Assembly: GCA_965237415.1 (NCBI GenBank)
Contig: CBDEFM010000001.1
Location: forward strand, 320,001-384,000
Reading direction: 5' to 3'
DNA length: 64,000 nucleotides
Source of the DNA: Alphaproteobacteria bacterium
GTDB lineage: Bacteria > Pseudomonadota > Alphaproteobacteria > UBA828
In this document: one piece after another, positions 48,252 to 57,316 of the stretch
Layout: each line of letters opens with the position of its first letter
Position numbering within the stretch: the stretch's first letter is position 1
The notes under the pieces: model-generated
What the model saw: the letters and a program-made list of their open reading frames with translations, nothing else
What the model was told of the DNA's origin: nothing
The model's database searches: none
Program-made: the position numbers and the translations under genes

Positions 48252-48601
48252 GGCAGTATCCCTCTGGATGGCGCATCGCGCGGAAACGGCGCGGCGGCCT
48301 CGCTCGGGCACACGCGCCTCGACCGGCTGCCGCAGAGCTCGCCTCGTCATGCAGGTCGGCAGGCTCACGGAGTCGAGACAGAGCGTTATCGTGCAGATGG
48401 GAGCGAACGGGTCTGCGGCTGGCAGAGGGTCAGGTGGGTGCTAAGGTAGGGCCTGAGGATGAAATGAATTCAAGGGGTCGGGGATTGCCTGGGTGCAGTG
48501 GCGAAATCGCACGGGACAACGAGAGACTAGGCAATGAAGGCGCGCCGGATTGCTTTGGCGGCAGTGGGCGGTGCGGGAACGCTGATCAGGGGAGACGTCA
48601 A

Positions 48602-48874
48602 GTGAGAAAGTCGGACCGGGCGAATCGCATCGCTGCAGAGGCGCTTGTGACCCCGCTCGCCGCGCAGACAGTGGTCGATATAACGTTCTCCGAGATCGCG
48701 GAGGTTCTGGCGTGGGGAGAGAAAGCCACTATTCGCGGGTTCGGTACATTCGCGACCACGCGCAGGACTGAGCGCGTCGGGAGAAACCCTCGCACCGGCG
48801 AACCAGCCGCGATACCGGCCTCGACATCCCGGTCATTTAGGGCATCCACAAGTCTCAGTGACGCGGCATACTGA
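48602..48874 (+). CDS. HU/IHF-family DNA-binding protein (divergent)
   Basis: IRGFGTF...RVGRNPRTGE..IPA signature; GGAG RBS, GTG start. Confidence 0.8.
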   Translation: MRKSDRANRIAAEALVTPLAAQTVVDITFSEIAEVLAWGEKATIRGFGTFATTRRTERVGRNPRTGEPAAIPASTSRSFRASTSLSDAAY

Positions 48875-48965
48875 GTAACGGACAGTCTCCGCCAAAGAGG
48901 AACGGCAGATGCATCCTTACACCGTTCGTGGGGCTAGGTGACGAATCGTCAACGTGGCGGATTCA

Positions 48966-50015
48966 ATGAAGTTGACCGACTTAAAACGACACATACAGGA
49001 GCACTTTCGTGACCGACTGGTTGCGGTGGTCGGGTCCGGGCTGTCGGCGGCCGAGGGTTTGCCCACAATGGTTCAGCTCGAATCCCATCTCCGAACGGAA
49101 GTCCCAAAGCATCTACCGGCTGGGTCGGCTGGAGAGTGGAAGCGAGTCGAGGCAGAGCTTGCAGTCGGAGACGGCCTCGAAGCAGCACTTCATCGTGTCC
49201 AGATTTCGGAAGACCTGGGAGCCACGATTCTCTCCCTAACCGGTACGTACGTTTTGGAATGCGAACGCGAGGTTATACGAAGCGCAGTGGCCGGCGAACG
49301 GATTCTAAGGTTCGCCAGCCTATTGCCCTACTTGAATCCCAAGCCCAATGATCCCGTTTCGGTTGTAACCGTCAACTACGATCGCCTGGTTGAGCTCGGT
49401 GCAGAGATTTCAGGCTGGGGTGTGGACACAATGTTTATAGGGACAAGATTTGGGGTCTTGGACCCTGCCCTCAGCGAACGGTCGTTCGTCCAGGACATCG
49501 CCCGGAGACCCAAGGGCGGGTATCGGTTGATCTACAGAAATCGCATTCGTGTCTACAAACCACACGGAAGTCTCGACTGGTTCAAGAGCGATCGAGGTCC
49601 GTTGTACTGCCCAATTGACTTTCCGGGCGAACGTCTGATCGTAACGCCTGGTGTGACGAAGTATCGGCAGGGCTACGAGCGTCCCTTTGATATACACCGG
49701 GAGAAGGCCAATGAGCAAATCGATGCCTGTCGGCGGCTATTCTGCGTGGGCTATGGGTTTAACGACGACCACCTGCAGGTCCACCTGAGGGACAAGATGC
49801 GGGCGGGTACACCGACTTTAATACTCACTCGAACCTTATCGACGTCAGCCATGGATCTAATTGAACAGTCTTCCGGTGCTATTGCGGTGTCCAACAACGA
49901 AGAAGACCCGACAGGTTCGACAATAGTGGTAGTAACGGCGACTGACTCGGAGGTGATTGCAGCTCCACCTCTGTGGGACCTCGCTGTACTCATCGATGAG
50001 GTACTTTCACCATGA
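48966..50015 (+). CDS. SIR2-family NADase of a Sir2-HerA defence system
   Basis: VVGSGLS, TVNYD, KPHGSLDW, VGYGFNDDH; ATGA overlap with HerA. Confidence 0.88.
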   Translation: MKLTDLKRHIQEHFRDRLVAVVGSGLSAAEGLPTMVQLESHLRTEVPKHLPAGSAGEWKRVEAELAVGDGLEAALHRVQISEDLGATILSLTGTYVLECEREVIRSAVAGERILRFASLLPYLNPKPNDPVSVVTVNYDRLVELGAEISGWGVDTMFIGTRFGVLDPALSERSFVQDIARRPKGGYRLIYRNRIRVYKPHGSLDWFKSDRGPLYCPIDFPGERLIVTPGVTKYRQGYERPFDIHREKANEQIDACRRLFCVGYGFNDDHLQVHLRDKMRAGTPTLILTRTLSTSAMDLIEQSSGAIAVSNNEEDPTGSTIVVVTATDSEVIAAPPLWDLAVLIDEVLSP

Positions 50016-51781
50016 CCGAAGCAGCCCTGCAATTTGGCGACCAGGACCGTATAGGTCGGGTTATTGCGGTAGACACAAGCCGCGTAGCGATTGACGTTGA
50101 AGACCATGGGCTAATGACCACCTTGGCCGTTGGCAATTTGGTCGCCATCCGAGGTTTGACAGCACAGGAATTTTTGATCGGCATTATCGAAAGAGCCACC
50201 CGAAGCGTTCGAGAGGAACTGCTGACGGAAGACGCTGATGAAGAGGGCAACGTTCCGGTTGGCGAGGTACAGGAGGACATAATCCGGGCCGTACTTGTTG
50301 GAACGTTCCGGGTGCTCGATGGGGACATTGTAAATATTTTCAAGCGAGGCGCGGATTCATTTCCACAGATTGACCGCGAGTGTTTTCTTATTTCAGCAGC
50401 AAATCTGCAACGGTTCATGAATTTACTGAGTGCCAATGTTGAGGAAGGGGAGAGACTTCAGCTTGGCCAGTACGTATCAGATAGCAATGCAATTGCAATC
50501 GCAAATGGTGACAAGTTCTTTCAAAGACATGCAGCCGTACTAGGCAGTACGGGTTCGGGTAAGAGTTGGTGCACGGCGCTGATCCTGGAGCGCGCCAGTA
50601 AACTTGCGCATCCCAATCTCATCGTGCTGGACATGCACGGGGAGTATTCTCCGATAGCCGACGAATGTAAGGGATACGCAGCGCAGTTTCGTATCGCTGG
50701 CCCAGGGGACCTGGAAGCGCCGACGAATGAGAACGTATTCTTGCCATACTGGTTACTCAATCGAGAAGAAATGCTTGCCATGATTCTCGATCGGAGTGAT
50801 CAAAATGCTCCCAACCAAGCGTCACGTTTCACGCACCACGTTAAGGAGTTGAAGGACCAGACACTTGACGAAGCGGGAAAGCAAGATGTGCGAAAGACCT
50901 TCACCGTCGATTCTCCAGTATTCTATTCTCTTGACGAACTACTAAAGCGGCTTGAATCGGACGATAGTGGCATGAAACCTGGTGCTGGGAAAAACTTAAT
51001 TAAGGGTGATTGGAATGGAAAGCTGACCAGATTCGTTGCCCGACTAAAAGCGAAGGTCGATGATCGTCGCTATGGATTCATGTTTCGCCCACCCGTTGAA
51101 TCGGCACGTTACGAGTGGTTGGGAGAGCAAGTCGTTAGGCTGCTCGACTCGTCGGAGAAGCGACGTGGGATTAAGGTTGTCGACTTCTCGGAAGTCCCCT
51201 CAGATGTGCTTCCCGTCGTGGCTGGTGTTTTTGCCCGACTATTGTATGACGCACAGTTTTGGATTGAGAAAGCCAGTCGTACACCGATTTGCTTGGTATG
51301 TGACGAGGCTCACCTGTACCTGCCGGTGAAGGCCGAGGCTGAAGCAGTGGAACGGCGGGCACTCGAAACGTTCGAGAGAATCGCCAAGGAGGGGCGCAAG
51401 TATGGCGTTGCCTTGATGGTTGTGAGTCAGCGACCATCAGATGTGAGCCGCACCATTTTGAGTCAATGCAACAATTTTCTGGTTCTAAGATTGACGAACG
51501 ACCAAGATCAGTCAGTCGTAAGAAGGCTGATGCCGGATTCAATGGTCAGTTTCACGGAGATGCTGCCGCTGCTGGAAACTGGGGAGGCGCTGCTCTTGGG
51601 AGACGCTGTCCTTCTTCCAACAAGAATTCGCCTTGATGTTCCTGAACTGAAGCCCGCAAGTGCCACCCGAGATTTCTGGACAGAATGGCGAGAGCGAACC
51701 CCGAAGGAGAAAGCGATTCAAGACGCAATTGAGACATTGCGTCGGCAAAGTCGTTTGAACTCCCAGGATGGAGGTTGCTAG
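50012..51781 (+). CDS. HerA/FtsK-family ATPase of a Sir2-HerA defence system
   Basis: N-terminal HAS-like barrel, GSTGSGKS, LDMHGEY, CDEAHLY, AKEGRKYG, SQRPSD. Confidence 0.9.
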   Translation: MTEAALQFGDQDRIGRVIAVDTSRVAIDVEDHGLMTTLAVGNLVAIRGLTAQEFLIGIIERATRSVREELLTEDADEEGNVPVGEVQEDIIRAVLVGTFRVLDGDIVNIFKRGADSFPQIDRECFLISAANLQRFMNLLSANVEEGERLQLGQYVSDSNAIAIANGDKFFQRHAAVLGSTGSGKSWCTALILERASKLAHPNLIVLDMHGEYSPIADECKGYAAQFRIAGPGDLEAPTNENVFLPYWLLNREEMLAMILDRSDQNAPNQASRFTHHVKELKDQTLDEAGKQDVRKTFTVDSPVFYSLDELLKRLESDDSGMKPGAGKNLIKGDWNGKLTRFVARLKAKVDDRRYGFMFRPPVESARYEWLGEQVVRLLDSSEKRRGIKVVDFSEVPSDVLPVVAGVFARLLYDAQFWIEKASRTPICLVCDEAHLYLPVKAEAEAVERRALETFERIAKEGRKYGVALMVVSQRPSDVSRTILSQCNNFLVLRLTNDQDQSVVRRLMPDSMVSFTEMLPLLETGEALLLGDAVLLPTRIRLDVPELKPASATRDFWTEWRERTPKEKAIQDAIETLRRQSRLNSQDGGC

Positions 51782-52128
51782 CTGTGGGAAATGGGATGCG
51801 TGGTGCTGTATCCGTTTCCGGGAAAAAGTTGCACTACCTGCCGGAGTCGATCAACGGACGAGCACAATTTGTACATCGAACGGTGTCGGTGATTTGTCAA
51901 TGGCGAAGATATGCGAGGGCAAGGGACGGAGCAAGAGAGTGCCAGCTTGGTTTTGGGCGCGGCTGAGCGTTCGCTCGGTTCGGACTGGGAGCTCCGGTGC
52001 GTCAGGCTTCTCCGGACGCCGGTTGATCTCCTTCCGGGGGGGCTGCTTGGTAGTGGAGGACCGAATGGCGCCTAGCCGCTGTGCCGCGGCTGCACAGTCG
52101 ATATCCGCCTAACGGAGGTCTGTTTGGG

Positions 52129-53361
52129 ATGAACGGCGGCGATAGGGTACAGAAGTGCAAACCAACACTCAACCATGCTTTGAGACAGTTCGAGTTGGCT
52201 GAAGCGAACCTGGCTAGGCTCGAAACGCTCTGGCAGAAGATTGAAGGCGAGTTGCCGAACGGACCAGCATTTGGTGCTCCTCCTAAGTACGACGAGTGGT
52301 GCATTGCGTTCAAAAGCATCCTCGCGATGTTGCCTGCCGTGGATGGCTTTCGCGTCGAAGATCACCTGTACGAGTACGATGAAGCGGGGCAGATGCAGTT
52401 TGATGCGTTAGAGTTGGGTGAGGTCGAAGCGCAGCTTAGTGTTTCTAGGGAGTTGGCGGAACAGGGACGTCAACTCAGAGAGTATCGTGTTCACTTCCAA
52501 GCGAAACGGCGGAAGTTGGTGCGCGACAGGATTTTGAAGAGAATGAGTGAGCTGGACCAAGTAGTGGCCCAGTTTGACCGTAAGGGCTCCGGAGGGCGGG
52601 GCAAGCCAAACGTTGCGATTGGGGCGTGGAGCCAGCTACGAAAGGCAGTCGACGAGATCGAGACATTGCTTGGCAGCAGTGGTCGGCCAGAACAGTGGAG
52701 CACCCTGAAGCGGCCACGGCACGATGACAACGATGCTCAAGTCGCCGGGGAACTCATGGAGGCCGCTTTTCGCGTTTGGCCGAGTGTCAGGGCCTCACTG
52801 AGCGACGGTCTGTACGGCGAGTTAGATCCGATTCCTGTTGGTGCTAACGACTTGGGCGAGGTCGTCAACGAAGATCCAGCAGGGCCGGTGTCGACCAAGT
52901 TGGAGTGGTCTGCGTTGGACGATGAGGATTTCGAACGCTTGGTGTACCAACTGATCTCCGAAGCCAAGGGGTACGAGAACGTACAATGGCTACAAAAGAC
53001 TCATGCGCCGGACCGCGGCCGGGATCTTTCTGCGGACAGAGTGTACGCCGACGCTTTAGGCAGCGTGCGAAGGTTTCGCACAATCATCCAGTGCAAACAC
53101 TGGTTGTCAAGAAGTGTGGGACGCAGTGAGATAGGGGAGGCTCGGGACGCAATGGAACTCTGGCAGCCCCCTCGGGTGGACATCTTGGTCATCGTAACGT
53201 CGGGACGATTTACGGCAGACGCGGTGGCGATAGTGGAGAATCACAACCAGTCCGACAAGGCGCTTGCCATCGAGATGTGGCCGGAGAGTCACCTGGAGAC
53301 GCTCTTGGCTGCCCGACCCCACTTGATCGGTCAGTTTGGCTTGCGTAGCGCAAGCCAGTAG
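52129..53361 (+). CDS. Protein with a C-terminal Mrr-like restriction endonuclease domain
   Basis: DFERLVYQL...DRGRDL...IIQCKHW...IVTSGRFT, the PD-(D/E)xK Mrr_cat pattern. Confidence 0.8.
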   Translation: MNGGDRVQKCKPTLNHALRQFELAEANLARLETLWQKIEGELPNGPAFGAPPKYDEWCIAFKSILAMLPAVDGFRVEDHLYEYDEAGQMQFDALELGEVEAQLSVSRELAEQGRQLREYRVHFQAKRRKLVRDRILKRMSELDQVVAQFDRKGSGGRGKPNVAIGAWSQLRKAVDEIETLLGSSGRPEQWSTLKRPRHDDNDAQVAGELMEAAFRVWPSVRASLSDGLYGELDPIPVGANDLGEVVNEDPAGPVSTKLEWSALDDEDFERLVYQLISEAKGYENVQWLQKTHAPDRGRDLSADRVYADALGSVRRFRTIIQCKHWLSRSVGRSEIGEARDAMELWQPPRVDILVIVTSGRFTADAVAIVENHNQSDKALAIEMWPESHLETLLAARPHLIGQFGLRSASQ

Positions 53362-53515
53362 AACGTCAGCAAGCGTCTAGGTTGGCGAGAGAGCCAGCCC
53401 CCGAGCGGACCACGTTCGCATAAGGCACCGAGCCGTCGCTGACCCTCGACATCACGGCGCGAACCAATGTTCGCAATGGAAGCAGTCCTGGCCGAACGGA
53501 TGCATTTGGGGAGAC

Positions 53516-53953
53516 CTAGACAGGCGTGGCGCCCGTGGCGCTGCGAATGCGGCACTGGACGAACGAGTAGTGTCCGCCTTTCAACCTCTCTGCCTGCTTG
53601 CCGGTCACGATCACCCAGTCTCCCACATCGACGGACGGTCGGGACTTATCATCCCGATCTCCCTCCAAGCGGTACCGAGGCGAATTTTTCTCGCCCTCGT
53701 CCGCTAAGAATTCATGAAGGTCCATGATACGAGTGATCTGGAGCGGCCTCAGAGTCATGAACGGCGTGCGCCACATCCACCACTGGCGGCGCACTTCCGA
53801 CCAGTACGATGCGATAAACGCCAGGCCCGAGACCACAAGAATCGCCCACGCTGCGGGGTCTGCCTGCCCGGGAGGGAAATACGAATCAAAGGTACGTCCG
53901 GCGCCAGCGCCTATACCGATGGCCGATATGGTTCGGAACACCTCTCGAATCAT
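53516..53953 (-). CDS. Hypothetical membrane protein
   Basis: Two N-terminal hydrophobic segments; follows 53982-54359. Confidence 0.45.
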   Translation of the reverse strand: MIREVFRTISAIGIGAGAGRTFDSYFPPGQADPAAWAILVVSGLAFIASYWSEVRRQWWMWRTPFMTLRPLQITRIMDLHEFLADEGEKNSPRYRLEGDRDDKSRPSVDVGDWVIVTGKQAERLKGGHYSFVQCRIRSATGATPV

Positions 53954-53981
53954 CTGAGCCTATCCAGGACGACTCGCCTCG

Positions 53982-54359
53982 TCAGTGTTGCGACCACACG
54001 GCGTAGACGTTGTTCAATTCTCCGATCCAGCATGTATCTGGATCGGAGATGTCTCGCCCGCGTTCTTCGGCCATTTCGAAGAACCCAGAGCCTGGTGCCC
54101 CGTCGTCCTTATGGACGACCAAGGCTGTCAGTAAGCCACGCCGCGCTTCGTCTTCCTCGGACGCTATCTCGTAGAGCATGTGGTTCAAGCGAACGTCGTG
54201 GGGCTCAAGGTCGCATTTCGTAATCTTCTGCACGAGGTCAGAGTAATAGATCACATCGTTGTGCCGCGCTCGATCGATCATGACTCGTCGTGCCTCGTCT
54301 TTCGCGGCCTCCCAAGTACGGCGGTCGCAGCATCCAGGATCGAAACCGTCGCGCCTCAT
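53982..54359 (-). CDS. Hypothetical protein, possibly winged-helix
   Basis: IYYSDLV...LYEIASEE...LLTALVVHK...PGSGFF; AAGGAG RBS. Confidence 0.7.
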   Translation of the reverse strand: MRRDGFDPGCCDRRTWEAAKDEARRVMIDRARHNDVIYYSDLVQKITKCDLEPHDVRLNHMLYEIASEEDEARRGLLTALVVHKDDGAPGSGFFEMAEERGRDISDPDTCWIGELNNVYAVWSQH

Positions 54360-54949
54360 GCAATTCTCCTTTCCGGCAGAGCCGTGGCGCCCCTGCGTTG
54401 GTAGGAGTCTACGGAGTGGAGCAGCGGTGGTCTATGGCGGAAACGGGAGCGCGAGAGGAGCTCGGTCGCTTCGTCAAGTGACTGTGGAAAACGCCGCGAC
54501 GGATGTCTAGCGCAGCCCCGATTGGTGCCGAAATTTGGAGAACGGGGAACATCTCGGCCACTTGGCCGCATCGATTCGGTGGCCGGGTGATGGCGGTCAT
54601 GAATGCACTGGTGCGAGCTCATTGCGGGCAGCCAGGACGTCGGGTTGCCGGTTCCCTCGTGCAGGTTTCACCCCAAGACCGAACGGTATCCAGCGGGTAA
54701 CTGTTGGGTCTTGGGGGATGGAGGCGCAGATGTCGCACCAGTTTGGCGTCAAGCCGTGCCCAGTCGGGGCTGAGTTCCATTCCATCCCCCGGCCGACGAG
54801 CGGGTAAGGGTTCGGTTGGGCCGGTAGACCGTCGCCAGGACCCTCAGCATCGTCTTGTTCTGACCGACCGTGGCCAGCTCTCAGCAGTGCTTTCGCCTGC
54901 CCCATACCGGCCCGACCGAACCTTTACACGAGCGGTTACCGGAATTTCA

Positions 54950-55153
54950 GGGTGCTTGGCGAGCCACAGGACAATCGCGGCATGGAGGCCCAGGATTGCG
55001 GGTCACATTGATTGCAGAATGCTTACGCAAATCAGCGAAGCAGGATCAGGCGGCTTGAGAGAAAACTGGAAAAATCGTTTTATAACGCTTAGTTAGGAGA
55101 TCGATTGGCGTAGGAAGTTCCCAGGTGCTGGCACAAGTGTGCCGTAGGTGATG
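54950..55153. repeat. Diverged ~200-bp att-like repeat, copy 1
   Basis: Shares GGACAA, CAGGATT, GCTTACGCAAATCA, GGCGTAGGAAG and TGGCACAAGTRTGYCGTAGGTSATG blocks, in order, with 57088-57292. Confidence 0.75.
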
Positions 55154-55174
55154 AAGAACAGCAACTCGGCGGCG

Positions 55175-55344
55175 ATCGCCGAACGCACCTTCGCATGGCT
55201 CGGGCGCTGCCGACGGCTCGCAAAGGACTGGGAGAAATCCATCGCATCCAGCGAGACATGGATCGACATCGCCCACATCCGACTAACAACACGCCGCCTC
55301 GCAAGGCTTTGAAAAATAGCGACGAGTTTCGAGTCAGGCTCTAA
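55175..55344 (+). mobile_element. IS5-family remnant (transposase C-terminus and right end)
   Basis: IAERTFAWLGRCRRLAKDWEKSIASSETW...RRLARL*, then TTTCGAGTCAGGCTC-TAA. Confidence 0.8.
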
Positions 55345-55378
55345 GAGATAGGCGAGTAGCCGACCTGATGATCCACCT

Positions 55379-55798
55379 TCATCCCCCGCCGCCGGAGACC
55401 TGCGAGTCGGGATTCGCGAGGAACCGGTCCAGCATCGGGCAATCGGTCCGGCCGGCATCGCATCGGTCGACCAACTCCGCGAGGGCGCGCTCGAGCTTGC
55501 CAAGTTCCTCGATCTTCCGCCTGACACCCCGCAGGTGCCGCTCCCCCAGGGTCTTCACCTCCGCGCACGGCGCCTCGCTGCCCGCCGACAGCTCAAGCAG
55601 TGTGCGGATATCCGCGATCGAAAACCCGAGATCCCTGCAACGCCTGACGAATCGCAAGCGCCCAATGTCCCCTTCGGCGTAGAGTCTGCGGCCGGTTGGG
55701 CCCCGCGCCGCCCGGGGAACAATGCCCTCGCGCTCGTAATACCGGATGGTTTCGATGGTTACGCCGCTTATCTTCGCGGCGGCTCCGATGGGACGCAT
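55379..55798 (-). CDS. MerR-family metal-responsive regulator
   Basis: ETIRYYEREG, RLRFVRRCRDLGFS, three Cys in the sensing region. Confidence 0.9.
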   Translation of the reverse strand: MRPIGAAAKISGVTIETIRYYEREGIVPRAARGPTGRRLYAEGDIGRLRFVRRCRDLGFSIADIRTLLELSAGSEAPCAEVKTLGERHLRGVRRKIEELGKLERALAELVDRCDAGRTDCPMLDRFLANPDSQVSGGGG

Positions 55799-55810
55799 CG
55801 CTGATTCCCC

Positions 55811-55841
55811 TTGATCCTGTAGTGGCTACAGGATGTATACA
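55811..55841 (+). promoter_or_regulatory. MerR-type promoter/operator
   Basis: TTGATC, 19-bp spacer, TATACA, with dyad ATCCTGTAG-TGG-CTACAGGAT. Confidence 0.85.
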
Positions 55842-55848
55842 GGCGGTC

Positions 55849-56256
55849 ATGAATACAAGAACCGTTCGAATCGCCCCGGCCGAGGACGGCCGTCCGCTAG
55901 AAAACAGTGGCCGAAAGAGCTGGATTGCCGCCGGCGGCATTCTGGGCGCGATCGCCGCGTCGTCCTGCTGCATCCTGCCGCTCGTGCTGTTCAGCCTCGG
56001 AGCCGGCGGTGCATGGATCGGCAACCTCACCGCCCTTGCGCCCTTCCAGCCGGTCTTCGTGGCGATCACGCTTGGCTTTCTCGGTTACGGCTACTGGCTG
56101 GTTTATCGCAAGCCCAGGGCGGCCTGCGCCGACGGGGAAGCCTGCGCCACGCCGATGGCCGGCCGGATCGTGAAGCTGGCCCTGTGGCTTGCCACTGTGC
56201 TGGTCGTGGCAGCGGTCGCCTTTCCGTATATCGCCCCGATCCTGCTCGGCACCTAG
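55849..56256 (+). CDS. merT: MerT-family heavy-metal transporter
   Basis: AASSCCILPLVL.SLG.GGAWIGNLT, cytoplasmic Cys pair CADGEAC, three TM segments. Confidence 0.88.
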   Translation: MNTRTVRIAPAEDGRPLENSGRKSWIAAGGILGAIAASSCCILPLVLFSLGAGGAWIGNLTALAPFQPVFVAITLGFLGYGYWLVYRKPRAACADGEACATPMAGRIVKLALWLATVLVVAAVAFPYIAPILLGT

Positions 56257-56281
56257 AGATCCACGAAAGGACAACGTCAGC

Positions 56282-56566
56282 ATGAAGACCATTCTGAAGG
56301 CGGCGATCTTCGCCGGCGGCATCCTGGCCGTTACGCCGGCATTTGCCGGGGAACGGACCGTCGTCCTCGAGGTCAGCGGGATGACCTGCGCGTCCTGTCC
56401 TTACATCGTCAGGAAAACCCTGGCCGCCGTTGAGGGCGTGACGTCTGTCAATGTTTCCCTTGCGGACAAGGTTGCCGTCGTCTCCTTCGACGACAGCAAG
56501 ACCGAAGTGGCGGCGCTTACCGAAGCGACCGGAGACATGGGCTTTCCGTCTGCCGTGAAAGAGTAG
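56282..56566 (+). CDS. merP: MerP-like periplasmic metal-binding protein
   Basis: Signal peptide plus GMTCASC HMA domain. Confidence 0.85.
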   Translation: MKTILKAAIFAGGILAVTPAFAGERTVVLEVSGMTCASCPYIVRKTLAAVEGVTSVNVSLADKVAVVSFDDSKTEVAALTEATGDMGFPSAVKE

Positions 56567-56631
56567 ACGGCACGGATGAAAGGCCGCTCGCCGGGCGCGT
56601 CGGTCTTTCCTGCGATCGAGAGGTACGCGAT

Positions 56632-56853
56632 ATGGCGGCGCAAAGGACGGTGACGATACTCGAGACAACCATAACCTGCCCGGCGTGCGGCCGTTCGCAG
56701 ACCGAGACGATGCCGACCGACGCCTGTCAGTGGTTCTACGATTGCCGTCACTGCGGGACGGTCCTGAAGCCCAAGCCCGGCGACTGCTGCGTATATTGCT
56801 CATACGCGACCGTGCCCTGTCCGCCGGTACAGGCCGGCACCGCCTGCCACTGA
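56632..56853 (+). CDS. GDCCVxC-domain Cys-rich protein
   Basis: TCPACG..ETMPTDACQWFYDC..C..LKPKPGDCCVYCSY..VPCPP. Confidence 0.88.
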   Translation: MAAQRTVTILETTITCPACGRSQTETMPTDACQWFYDCRHCGTVLKPKPGDCCVYCSYATVPCPPVQAGTACH

Positions 56854-57087
56854 CCGTTGGCGGGCAAGACTACGCGGTCGTGAGGGACGATCGCAGGCCC
56901 GTGGGAATGGAGGATCCCCGGCGCATCCGTCCTCCCGCCTAGGCCCGTTTCATGGGTGCGAACGCGGGAACCCCGACCGGTCGGGTCACAATCCGAGGTG
57001 GGTCCCCGCGACCTTGCTGCGCTCGGTTGCCGGCAACTCCCGACACTTGCCTCGCACGGCTTGTCGGAACGGTTGCCTCCGAAATCG

Positions 57088-57292
57088 GGGCGCTGGGCGG
57101 GCTAAAGGACAACTGCGAATAGAGTAGGCAGGATTACGGATCAGATCGGTTTCAAAACGCTTACGCAAATCACAGAGGCGTGGTCAAGCGGTTTGAGGTG
57201 ATGTTTGAAAACTCCTGAAAAAAATAATGCGTTAGATGATTGGCCGGCGTAGGAAGCGCCATAGAGTTGGCACAAGTATGTCGTAGGTCATG
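57088..57292. repeat. Diverged ~200-bp att-like repeat, copy 2
   Basis: Direct repeat of 54950-55153; 25 bp from the integrase stop. Confidence 0.75.
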
Positions 57293-57316
57293 CGGGAGCA
57301 GGCTGCCGAGCTTCGC

